Shown here one piece after another: positions 1 to 9,839 of a stretch of 64,000 nucleotides of DNA. Location of the stretch: the NCBI GenBank assembly GCA_964016885.1, contig OZ024741.1, forward strand, positions 264,926,001 to 264,990,000, read 5' to 3'. The position numbers and the translations under genes were made by a program. Under the pieces are notes generated by a model, which saw nothing but the letters and a program-made list of their open reading frames with translations, searched no databases and was not told the origin of the DNA. The stretch comes from Eledone cirrhosa (Eukaryota). The stretch's first letter is position 1; the number at the start of each line of letters is the position of its first letter.

Positions 1-1061
1 CAGGTGTGGTCGCCGTTTGCTAGACGCGTTTTTCCCCAGCTCGTTTCCTTGACGGAGCTGCAGTCCTGGGTCAAGCGAAGACCGAGAGGGAGCGCCTGGA
101 GACTGGAATGTCTTCAGGCGCTCACAGCCCTCGACCAATCGGGCAATGTGATCGGTGGAAACTCCACCTCGGCGTTCTATAGAGGATTAGTGGAGGGGAA
201 GAGCGACGACGTACTTGGGGAAACTCTAGGCGTCGACGAAAATCAACTAGCCAATCTCTTCGGAAGAACTTTCGGGCCGGGGCCTATGGACAACTTCCAG
301 AAATCTCTGGCCTGGCAGTGCTACCGAGGAGCCTTGCCAGTTCGGGATAAACTCTACAGGCATGGAGGTGCCGTCAGCCGGGCATGTCCGAGATGCGCGC
401 AGGGCGACGAAACCGTCCTGCACGCACTCGTCCAGTGTCCGAAAATTGCTGACTTGTGGGTTTATGTCGAACACCTGCTGTCGCGTTTAGGACGGATCCA
501 GCTATCATCTGAGTCTATCGTGAGGATTGCCCCGCCCTCCTCCTTTAGCCGGGAAGGGCAGGCAGTTTTTATCTGTCTGGTGGCCATGGCGAAAGAGATA
601 GTATGGTGGACACGTTTGAAAGGGCTGAAGACGAGCACTTACCTCTTCGGTGATGCTCTGATTGACTTTTTCAAATTTCATTTGAAAAGGAAAATCAGAG
701 TAGAGAGGGAAGTGCTCTCTTCCCAGCATTTTGTTGAAAGATGGGTGAGAGAAGCAAGAATGGCCCGAGTGAATGGGCCGACTCTGAGTATATATCTGTA
801 AACTAAAGGTGGAAAACTGGGAGAGGGCACTTGCCTTGGTGGTCAGGGTCATTGTGGCTTTTTACTGGGCTTTCTCCACAAATGTCCCTCCGAAGTCTCC
901 CCCCTATTGGGGAATTTTTCATTGTTATTTTCATTGTTATTTTTGTTACATCCTCTGTTTTTGTTTTTTTACACGCAGAAATGCCCATTTGTACCGTCCT
1001 GCATTGTCCTGCACTGTCCTTAATGTCTACTTTATGTAAACCCTTGTGGTTAATAAAGAAA

Positions 1062-1099
<38 letters not shown>
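1..1099 (+). mobile_element. 3' part of a Tx1-type (L1 clade) non-LTR retrotransposon: ORF2 C-terminus, 3'UTR, AATAAA, (TTA)n tail
   Basis: Near-identical to 6047-7137 (offset 6046; about 4 substitutions seen). ORF 4..801 carries the CPRC-x8-H-x4-C zinc motif. AATAAA near 1052 is followed by (TTA)n. Confidence 0.93.
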
Positions 1100-1313
1100 G
1101 AATGCCATGGTTGACGGAGGCTCGGCTCTGTAAGGTATAGTAATTTTTAACCGTTAAAACAATTGTAAATTGTTTAAAACTTGAACCAAATTGTTGATAA
1201 AGACACCCTCCTCCTCGTGAGAGGGGTCTTTCTGTCCGTTATTTGGCCCTTCGGGGTTAAATAACCAGTTATTGGGGTTTTGTACCCAATATTCATTTTA
1301 AACAAAAAACAAC

Positions 1314-3392
1314 ATGGCTACGAAAAAGAAATTTCATACGTCACTCCCACTCATTCCGTCTTCTTCTTCCTCAATCATCACTACAGCAGAGAGAAGATTG
1401 TCTCTCTCCCTCCCTTCTTTAAATGTGTCTCTCTCCCTCCCTTCTCTTTCGCAAGCGACGAAAGAAAAGAAAAGTCTCGTGCAAAGCGTGCAAGGTTTCT
1501 CCACGACGACGACGACAGAGACGAAACAGGTGTGCGGGAAATACGAAAACCCAGTTCATTCGTCTGACGTCAGGAATAATAGCAGTAGCAGCCGTAATAA
1601 CAACAGCAACAGTGACAATGAAAACAACAGTAGCAGCCGCAACAGCATCACCAGCAGCATAAACAACAACAGCATTAGCAGCAGCAACACCAACAACAAC
1701 CACAGCAACAGCGGCGGAGGCAGTCGTCGTAGTACCTGCAGCAACAACAAAAGTACCAGCAGCTCTGACGACAACAACAACAGCAGAGAAAAACCAATCT
1801 CATTTGCAGGTATTGCGAAAAACTTGGAAACAATCCTCATAACAAATGAGGAATTAGAGGAAGCGAAGAAGATGGTGACAAAGAACGGACACCGAGCAAT
1901 CTGCAAGGCAGCGAAAAATTTTTTCGAAACCCAAGAGCACTGTACGGTCACGTACCGTACAGTAAGTACAAAATCCCGTAGGGTGGAAAGAGCCACAGAG
2001 GCCCAAATACAAAAAGCCTTGGGGTCTGTGTGGCAGCGGAAAACGCACATCACCCGAGGCAAAAAATATTCCACCGTAGACGTACTTTTTGCCACACCCC
2101 AGGAGGCAAAGGCCCAATCAGTAGTGACCCTAAGGAGCGAGGAAATGGTGTTGGTGCCCTCCTACTGCGGGCAAAAAATTGTGAGGGTCAAACTGACCCA
2201 CGTCCCACCCGGAATGACCCCTTCTTGGCTGGCCGCGTCTGTCCTCGTCGGAATCGAGGACAAAACAACTGTACTGCAAGTACAGAAAAAAGTAAGAGAA
2301 GATTGGGTCGGCTCCTCCATTGAGATGCTAATCCAAACCAACCAGGAGTGCATCGAAGCTATCCCGGATGTGATAGACTTCGATAACGGCATTCAACTGC
2401 CCATAAGTGTTGAGGGCAAACGCCCGAAATGCTTTCGCTGTGGATCGAAGACTCACCTCAGGGCCTTCTGCAACGAGAAGACCCTGAGAAAGGAGAAAAC
2501 CCCCCTCCTTCCGAATCCGGCTCCACGGCTACCAGCAACAGGACAAGCGGCAACCAGGAACGATAGGTCCGTGGCACCCATACCCACTCCACGGAAATCA
2601 AAAACAGCAGCAGCAGTGGAAATATTAACAACAACAACAGCAATACCAAATGCAGCTGCAACAGAGACTCCAGTGCAAACATCACCAACAACAAGTGAAA
2701 GAGTGGAGCTGGTACCCCTCCCCGACCTCACAGAATCAGACATGGAGTGTGAGGTGGGAGAGGGATGGCAAAAGGTCGTAAGAAGGCACAAACGCAGAAG
2801 CAGCGCATCGTCGCCTTTGAAAAGGGAGGAAAGAAATGAGAAAAGGGTAAAGTCTACTGCAAAGAGACCCACAGCAGCAACAACACCAACACCATCACCA
2901 CCCACACTAGCACCACCATCACCACCGCCAACAACACCTTTAACACCACCACCACAAGCACCAACATCGCAAACACAACAACAAAACACACACACCCAGC
3001 AACAACGACAAGAAAATAGCAGAACCACACCCCACCCCCAGAAAAACAAATGCACGGCAATAAACACACACAACAAGAAACTAATGACTTACATAATTGA
3101 ACACACAGACATTTCACAACAGGACTACATAATACCAGCACCAATCAAAACGCCAACTAACATAAGACTGCTAAAAATAGCACAGAAACAATACACAAAC
3201 ATTAAAACGAAATTCCCCAACGCAGTTGGTGATTTCAGGGACCTAGGAGGAACCATTAATCGAAGAGTATATTCAGACATTCTCTTAGAAGAGCCGACGA
3301 CCAGCCGAAGGGACGATTCAACGGTCCCTTCACCAGACGATCAAGTGAAAAGGGATGTAAAAACCATCCCTCCTCTACCAAAAATACGGTAA
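1314..3392 (+). CDS. Tx1 ORF1 (gag-like nucleic-acid-binding protein with zinc knuckle)
   Basis: 692-aa ORF with CCHC knuckle CFRCGSKTHLRAFC, low-complexity N/S and P/T tracts, A-rich context before the ATG, directly upstream of an APE-RT ORF. Confidence 0.88.
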   Translation: MATKKKFHTSLPLIPSSSSSIITTAERRLSLSLPSLNVSLSLPSLSQATKEKKSLVQSVQGFSTTTTTETKQVCGKYENPVHSSDVRNNSSSSRNNNSNSDNENNSSSRNSITSSINNNSISSSNTNNNHSNSGGGSRRSTCSNNKSTSSSDDNNNSREKPISFAGIAKNLETILITNEELEEAKKMVTKNGHRAICKAAKNFFETQEHCTVTYRTVSTKSRRVERATEAQIQKALGSVWQRKTHITRGKKYSTVDVLFATPQEAKAQSVVTLRSEEMVLVPSYCGQKIVRVKLTHVPPGMTPSWLAASVLVGIEDKTTVLQVQKKVREDWVGSSIEMLIQTNQECIEAIPDVIDFDNGIQLPISVEGKRPKCFRCGSKTHLRAFCNEKTLRKEKTPLLPNPAPRLPATGQAATRNDRSVAPIPTPRKSKTAAAVEILTTTTAIPNAAATETPVQTSPTTSERVELVPLPDLTESDMECEVGEGWQKVVRRHKRRSSASSPLKREERNEKRVKSTAKRPTAATTPTPSPPTLAPPSPPPTTPLTPPPQAPTSQTQQQNTHTQQQRQENSRTTPHPQKNKCTAINTHNKKLMTYIIEHTDISQQDYIIPAPIKTPTNIRLLKIAQKQYTNIKTKFPNAVGDFRDLGGTINRRVYSDILLEEPTTSRRDDSTVPSPDDQVKRDVKTIPPLPKIR

Positions 3393-3427
3393 GTGGTCTT
3401 TCCCATCTTTTCCACTCTATTTTAAAC

Positions 3428-6400
3428 ATGACCTCACTCAGAATAGGCAGCATAAATGCGCGTGGCTTGGGGTCGTCATGGAAGCAGGGTCACCTGCTCA
3501 ACGACCTCAGGTCACTAAACATAGATGTAGTGGCCATCAGCGAGACCAGAATCTCCGAAGCACGGGCCTTCGCACCGATCTTCGGCGGCTACGATGTGTA
3601 CGCATCTCCCAGCCGTCCTGGATCGGGTGGAGGAGTTGCTGTGCTTTTTCGGAGAGGTTTGGATCTCGCCATACGGGCCATCTTCCTGGACCCAGAGGGT
3701 AAGCTGGTGGTGCTGGATGTGACCAGCGGAGACGGGCAAGCTTTCAGGCTAGTGGCCGTCTATGCCCCGACAGGAGCAGGGCGGCCTGATTTCTTCCGGC
3801 GTCTGGAGACCTTTCTTGGAACGTCGCGCTCTTTAGTGTTAGTGGGCGACTGGAACGGGATCTTAGATGCACGCTGGGACTGTGTGGGATTAGCGGATAG
3901 GGGTGGAGGGTGCAAGAGCCTCACCAACCTGCTCAGGCGTTTTGAACTGTCTGACAGGTACCGATTGGATTTCCCGAATGTGCCAATGTGGACTTGGACA
4001 AACCGCATAGGGTCATCCAGATCATATCTAGATAGAGTATTTTGTAGGGAAATAGATAGGTCTAGCATAGGCTGTCCACAATTCAAGATAGTCAGCTACA
4101 CGGACCACAAATTCGTGATCTGTGTGCTTGACTTAGATAGGCTTCATAGACGAGGACCCGGCTACTGGAAGCTAAACGCGTCCTTACCAGCGCGCAAGGC
4201 CTACAGAGACCGGATTAGCGAACTAGTTAAGCGGGCGTTGACGGGGGCCATCGTCAACAACAAGTGGTGGTTTGCTCTGAAAAGAGCGATTAGAATAGAA
4301 TCGATTAGGTTTAGTAAGGCTTTAGCAATAGAGAAAAATAGAGCAGAGGGAGAACTAGTTAGAAAATTAGACGAGGCGCTTAGCAAAGGCATTGCGACCG
4401 ACGTGCTTGCGGCGAAATTGGCCCTTGACCAATTCTTCAATGCAAAGCACGAAGGCTGCGTTGTCAGAGCTAGGGTGCGTGCTCTCAGACACGAGGGGAC
4501 GAAAGCCGTTCAATGGGCCCGAGTGGCGGAGGCGCGTCGTGGCAACAAAGCCACGATCCGGTCTTTGGTGGACCACGACGGGCGCATGCTACTCGATCCC
4601 GGGCAAATGTGTGAAGCTTTTCAGCGACACTTCGCTCAGCTGTTCGGGGGCAGCGGGGGGCCGGGTAGAGGGATGGACTTTAGTGTCTACCTCGACGGAC
4701 TGCCGCGGCTCTCGGCCACTGAGGCGAAGTGTTGCGAAAAGCCGATAACAGCCGCTGAAGTAAGGGAGGCAATGACTGGCTGCACAAGGGGTAAATCGCC
4801 TGGTTTGGATGGTCTGCCCTATGAACTTTACGTACAGATGCCAGACTTGTTCGGAGGCCTCTTGGCGGACGTCTACTGCAACTGGCAACAGAACGGGAGA
4901 ATTCCCAGTTCTGTGAGCCGAGGAGCGGTGGCACTGCTGAGAAAGGATCCGAACAAGGGGGATAACATAGACAATTTCCGGCCCATAACTCTGCTAAACA
5001 CAGAGTTTAAGATTTTGGCCAAGGTGCTAGCAAAGAGGTTGGCGCTTGTCGTTGGTGGTCTGGTGGGAGAGGCGCAGACATGCGCCATTCCCGACAGATC
5101 CATCCACGACAACCTCCACCTCATGCGATACATCGTAGAGAGGGTAGCTAGGGAACCTGGCACGGGTGGGTCCTTGATCAATTTAGATCAGTCGAAAGCT
5201 TTCGATAGGGTCGACCATCGTTACCTAGCGGCAGTCCTGAGGGCGGCTGGCTTTGGGCCCGTCTTCAGAGGCTGGATCGCTGCCATGCACAGCGACATCT
5301 GCTCTGTGGTGAGAGTGAACGGTCACCTGTCGGAACCGTTCAACATCATGCGCTCGGTCCGCCAAGGATGTCCCCTCTCGTCCCTCTTGTACGTATTGAC
5401 TCTCGAGCCATTACTGCACAAACTGGAGACGTTGAGGGGAGTCCCGCGCGAACTAGGATGCGGAAGATCCGTGTCAGCATATGCGGACGATGTCACCGTA
5501 GTGGTGTCGAACGCCAAACACATCGAGGCGATCGGCACTACACTAAGAGAATACGAAGCGGTGACAGGAGCAATGATCAACCAGGAAAAGTCAGTGGGCC
5601 TGCAGCTCGGCACCTGGAGAGGCAGGTCCATGCCGTCCAACAGCGTCGTCGGGCGCTGGACGGACGGACCGGTTAAATTGCTAGGGGTCTGGTTCGGTCC
5701 GGACCTCCAGACGGACAAAAACTGGGACGAGGTGACGAGCAGGGTGGCTTCTCTCACCCAGAAATGGGCGGAGAGGAAGCTATCCCTGAAAGGTCGAGCG
5801 GAGGTGGCTAACGCGTACATCGCGTCTGTCATCTGCTACCGCCTAACCGTCGTACCTTGTCCTAAGCCTCGCCTGACTGCGCTGGAGCGTTTGCTCTTTC
5901 GCTTTTTGTGGAAGGGACGTGCTCCGATGGTCAGGCGGTCCATCTGTTGTCAACACCCGCTACGTGGAGGGCTGGGCATGCCGTGGCTGATGATGCGCAG
6001 GCACGCGCTCAGGCTACGACATCTCCACCTCTTCCTCGACGGTGATCAGGTGTGGTCGCCGTTTGCTAGACGCGTTTTTCCCCAGCTCGTTTCCTTGACG
6101 GAGCTGCAGTCCTGGGTCAAGCGAAGACCGAGAGGGAGCGCCTGGAGACTGGAATGTCTTCAGGCGCTCACAGCCCTCGACCAATCGGGCAATGTGATCG
6201 GTGGAAACTCCACCTCGGCGTTCTATAGAGGATTAGTGGAGGGGAAGAGCGACGACGTACTTGGGGAAACTCTAGGCGTCGACGAAAATCAACTAGCCAA
6301 TCTCTTCGGAAGAACTTTCGGGCCAGGGCCTATGGACAACTTCCAGAAATCTCTGGCCTGGCAGTGCTACCGAGGAGCCTTGCCAGTTCGGGATAAACTC

Positions 6401-6847
6401 TACAGGCATGGAGGTGCCGTCAGCCGGGCATGTCCGAGATGCGCGCAGGGCGACGAAACCGTCCTGCACGCACTCGTCCAGTGTCCGAAAATTGCTGACT
6501 TGTGGGTTTATGTCGAACACCTGCTGTCGCGTTTAGGACGGATCCAGCTATCATCTGAGTCTATCGTGAGGATTGCCCCGCCCTCCTCCTTTAGCCGGGA
6601 AGGGCAGGCAGTTTTTATCTGTCTGGTGGCCATGGCGAAAGAGATAGTATGGTGGACACGTTTGAAAGGGCTGAAGACGAGCACTTACCTCTTCGGTGAT
6701 GCTCTGATTGACTTTTTCAAATTTCATTTGAAAAGGAAAATCAGAGTAGAGAAGGAAGTGCTCTCTTCCCAGCATTTTGTTGAAAGATGGGTGAGAGAAG
6801 CAAGAATGGCCCGAGTGAATGGGCCGACTCTGAGTATATATCTGTAA
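3428..6847 (+). CDS. Tx1 ORF2: APE endonuclease + reverse transcriptase + C-terminal zinc finger
   Basis: 1139 aa uninterrupted. SINARG, SET, VYAP, GDWN, YLDR and TDH endonuclease motifs; KSPGLDG, FRPITLLN, KAFDRV, RQGCPLS and YADD RT motifs; terminal CCHC. Confidence 0.96.
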   Translation: MTSLRIGSINARGLGSSWKQGHLLNDLRSLNIDVVAISETRISEARAFAPIFGGYDVYASPSRPGSGGGVAVLFRRGLDLAIRAIFLDPEGKLVVLDVTSGDGQAFRLVAVYAPTGAGRPDFFRRLETFLGTSRSLVLVGDWNGILDARWDCVGLADRGGGCKSLTNLLRRFELSDRYRLDFPNVPMWTWTNRIGSSRSYLDRVFCREIDRSSIGCPQFKIVSYTDHKFVICVLDLDRLHRRGPGYWKLNASLPARKAYRDRISELVKRALTGAIVNNKWWFALKRAIRIESIRFSKALAIEKNRAEGELVRKLDEALSKGIATDVLAAKLALDQFFNAKHEGCVVRARVRALRHEGTKAVQWARVAEARRGNKATIRSLVDHDGRMLLDPGQMCEAFQRHFAQLFGGSGGPGRGMDFSVYLDGLPRLSATEAKCCEKPITAAEVREAMTGCTRGKSPGLDGLPYELYVQMPDLFGGLLADVYCNWQQNGRIPSSVSRGAVALLRKDPNKGDNIDNFRPITLLNTEFKILAKVLAKRLALVVGGLVGEAQTCAIPDRSIHDNLHLMRYIVERVAREPGTGGSLINLDQSKAFDRVDHRYLAAVLRAAGFGPVFRGWIAAMHSDICSVVRVNGHLSEPFNIMRSVRQGCPLSSLLYVLTLEPLLHKLETLRGVPRELGCGRSVSAYADDVTVVVSNAKHIEAIGTTLREYEAVTGAMINQEKSVGLQLGTWRGRSMPSNSVVGRWTDGPVKLLGVWFGPDLQTDKNWDEVTSRVASLTQKWAERKLSLKGRAEVANAYIASVICYRLTVVPCPKPRLTALERLLFRFLWKGRAPMVRRSICCQHPLRGGLGMPWLMMRRHALRLRHLHLFLDGDQVWSPFARRVFPQLVSLTELQSWVKRRPRGSAWRLECLQALTALDQSGNVIGGNSTSAFYRGLVEGKSDDVLGETLGVDENQLANLFGRTFGPGPMDNFQKSLAWQCYRGALPVRDKLYRHGGAVSRACPRCAQGDETVLHALVQCPKIADLWVYVEHLLSRLGRIQLSSESIVRIAPPSSFSREGQAVFICLVAMAKEIVWWTRLKGLKTSTYLFGDALIDFFKFHLKRKIRVEKEVLSSQHFVERWVREARMARVNGPTLSIYL

Positions 6848-7107
6848 ACTAAAGGTGGAAAACTGGGAGAGGGCACTTGCCTTGGTGGTCAGGGTCATTA
6901 TGGCTTTTTACTGGGCTTTCTCCACAAATGTCCCTCCGAAGTCTCCCCCCTATTGGGGAATTTTTCATTGTTATTTTCATTGTTATTTTTGTTACATCCT
7001 CTGTTTTTCTTTTTTTACACGCAGAAATGCCCATTTGTACCGTCCTGCATTGTCCTGCACTGTCCTTAATGTCTACTTTATGTAAACCCTTGTGGTTAAT
7101 AAAGAAA

Positions 7108-7137
<30 letters not shown>

Positions 7138-7139
<2 letters not shown>

Positions 7140-9760
7140 TTTTTTTTTTTTTTTGAGTCTCAGTCATTGATGTTAGTTAACTGGAAAGTTTGTTGAAATG
7201 AATATCAAGCCACTACCTGCAGCCTCAGATATTCAGGACGTATCGGAGGGTCCTTGCTGTTCCCAGCAAACATGCCTTTTGAAGCGTTCTAAAAAGCGTG
7301 GCGGGGCCAATTTTCCTTAACCATCCCTGGAAACTTTTTGAGATAGTCCCTAGTGCGCCTATGACAATCGGGACCACTTTGACTTCATTGCAGTTCCAAA
7401 TCCTTTTTACCTCCCACTTTAAGTCCTGGTATCGGTTAATTTTCTCCCTCTCCTTCTCTTGCACTCTCGTGTCGAATGGGCAGGTCACATCCACAATCAG
7501 GCACGATCTTTTTTCTTTGTCCAAAACCACCAGGTCAGGTCTATTGTGTTCCAGTTTCTTGTCCGTCTGTATCCTAAAATCCCACAGCACCTTCACCTGA
7601 TCGTTCTCTATCACCGCCTCTGGCTTATGCTCATACCATTTCTCAGAATGTGGTAAATTGTTTACTTTGCACAGGTGCCAGTGGATCACCCTGCCCATCA
7701 CATCATGTCTCCAGCCCTTATAGTGGGTCTGGGCTAGGTGTTTACACTCGGATACAATGTGAGCCACAGTCTCATCTCTCTCTCCACAGATCCTGCACAG
7801 TGGGCTAGCCTCCTCCTTGTAAATATGGTGTTTCAACCACTTCGTTTTGAGGGCCTGCTCCTGCGCAGCCATTAACATTCCTTCTGTAGCCTTTTTAAGG
7901 TCTCCTCTTCTCAACCAGTTCCATGTCTGCGGATCTCTAAATTCAGTTTTCTCAAAGAAGGCACTATGAAGGGATTTTTCCTGAAGGCTGCTCTTTCTCC
8001 TTGATGTTATTTCCTCCTTGGACATCCCCTGGTCTATTGCCCCCCCCCCTTCAGTACAGTTCTGAGCATTGGCTCCTTACTATCAGTCACGTATTTGTGT
8101 AGGTTGTTTTCCTCCATCTGAACACAGTCCTCTATGCTGATAAGACCTCTTCCACCCTCAGATCTCCTTAAGTAGAGTCTATCGACATCACTCCTCTTGT
8201 GGAACATGTTGTAGATAGTCAATAGCTTCCTAGTCTTCCTATCCATTTCTTTTTGTTCAGCAACATTCCATCTCAGGATTCCCGCACTGTACCTAATAAT
8301 AGACACAGCTCGGGAATTTACTGAACTTATGGCATTTCTGCTGTTCCGATGTGACTTCAATACGCTCCTTACTCTCCGAATGTATTCAGTTCTTAACAAT
8401 TCCTTCATTTTTTTGTTCTTTATGCCATCAGCCTCCAGAACGCCCAAATACTTGTATCCTTCCTCAGAGTCAATTTCCTTTATCATCTCACCTGTTGGTA
8501 TCTGGATTCCGTTACTTCTGCTCAACCTACCCCTCCTCATCACAATGACTCCACACTTACTAATACCAAACTGCATACATATATCACTGCTGAAAATACG
8601 GACAGTGTCAACAAGCACATCCAACTCCTTCTCACTCTTCCCGAAGAGCTTAAGATCGTCCATGAAGAGGAGGTGATTGATGGTAAGCCCTCCATTTCCC
8701 AACCTGTATCCTGCTCTCACTTTTCGCAGTACACTGGTCAGGGGCATCAGGGCAAGGACAAACAGCAGAGGGGACAGGCTATCTCCCTGGAAGATACCTC
8801 TCTTGATCTTCACGCTTCCCAAGGATACTCCAGTTGATGTCAACTCTGTCTCCCAGGACCCCATACTCCTGCCCAGCAACTGTCTGATGTTATCTGCCAC
8901 CCTGAAGATCTCCAGGCTTTTGGTGATCCAAGAATGAGGCACCATGTCAAATGCCTTTCTGTAGTCTATCCATCCCATGGCAAGATCAGTGTGTCTCCTC
9001 CTGCAATTCCCCATTACCATCTTATCAATAAGTAACTGGTCCTTTGTACCACGTGACTTCTTTCGGCATCCTTTCTGTTCGTCCGGTAACAAGTTGTTTG
9101 TGTGGAGGTGATGGTAGATTTCCTCATACACAATGCTCGTCAACAGTTTCCACATTACGGACAGACATATGATAGGTCTATAGTTGGTAACATCATTACC
9201 CTTGATTCGGTCTTTCATTATCAGAACTGTGGTACCTTTTGTCAACCACTCTGGCACCTCACCCGACACCAAGCAGTCATTGAACATGGCCGTCAGCTTC
9301 GGGTGGAGGGATGTTAAATTTTTAATCCAATACCCCTGCACACCATCTGGGCCTGGTGATTTCCAGTTGGTTAGTTTTTTGGCCTGCCCCTTAAGAGTTT
9401 CAACTGTGATACTCAAATCAGTTTGTTGGTGTGCCTGCTCACCGATCTCCCTCTGTACTGTCTCAATCCACCCTGCCTGGACATTATGTCTAACATCCTG
9501 CTCCCATATTCCTCTCCAGAATGTTTTAGTTTGCTCCGCCCCAGGGATCAAGTCGTTGCCTCTTTCTTTCTCCTCAAGCTGTCCAAACAGCATCTTCTGG
9601 TTGTTGTCGAACATGCGGTTCTGTTTATACTGACTGACTCTGTTCTCGTATCGCCTGATTTTTGCACTCTTTGCTACAATGCGTTGCTTCAGTTCCTCTA
9701 TCATAATATTTAGCTTTTTCCTCCTAGTTTTGTACTTTATTTCCAGTCTATTTTTAGTGC
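7138..9760 (-). mobile_element. 5'-truncated R4/Dong-clade (restriction-like endonuclease) non-LTR retrotransposon inserted in (TAA)n
   Basis: RT ORF 8034-9704 and RLE ORF 7225-8025. On the minus strand the 3' end runs into poly(A) then (AAT)n, and the 5' junction also abuts (AAT)n at 9761. Confidence 0.9.
7225..9704 (-). pseudogene. R4/Dong ORF (RT + CCHC + PD-(D/E)xK endonuclease) broken by one frameshift in a G10 run
   Basis: KSPGPDG, YRPI, KAFD, FQGDSLS, FMDD; CRICGERDETVAHIVSEC, RHD, RPDLVV..IVDVTCP..KE. The frame change is at the C run 8040-8049 and could be a homopolymer sequencing error. Confidence 0.88.
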
Positions 9761-9761
9761 C

Positions 9762-9805
<44 letters not shown>

Positions 9806-9839
9806 GTTGTTGTTGTTGTTACTATTATTATTACTTTAT

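Larger units (their letters stand above)
1100..7137 (+). mobile_element. Full-length, apparently intact Tx1-type non-LTR retrotransposon
   Basis: About 210-nt 5'UTR, ORF1 (1314-3392), 35-nt spacer, ORF2 (3428-6847), 3'UTR with AATAAA and (TTA)n tail. Confidence 0.93.

Noticed and set aside
1125-1150. AAG|GTATAG followed by AATTTTT resembling a spliced-leader RNA
   Set aside because: Sm site imperfect and too close; no SL stem-loop pattern; lies within the Tx1 5'UTR.
1205-1230. CCTCCTCGTG resembles the P3/L3 of HDV-like ribozymes in the Tx1 5'UTR
   Set aside because: P3 has a mismatch and no P1, P2 or J4/2 partners could be found; a simple hairpin explains it.
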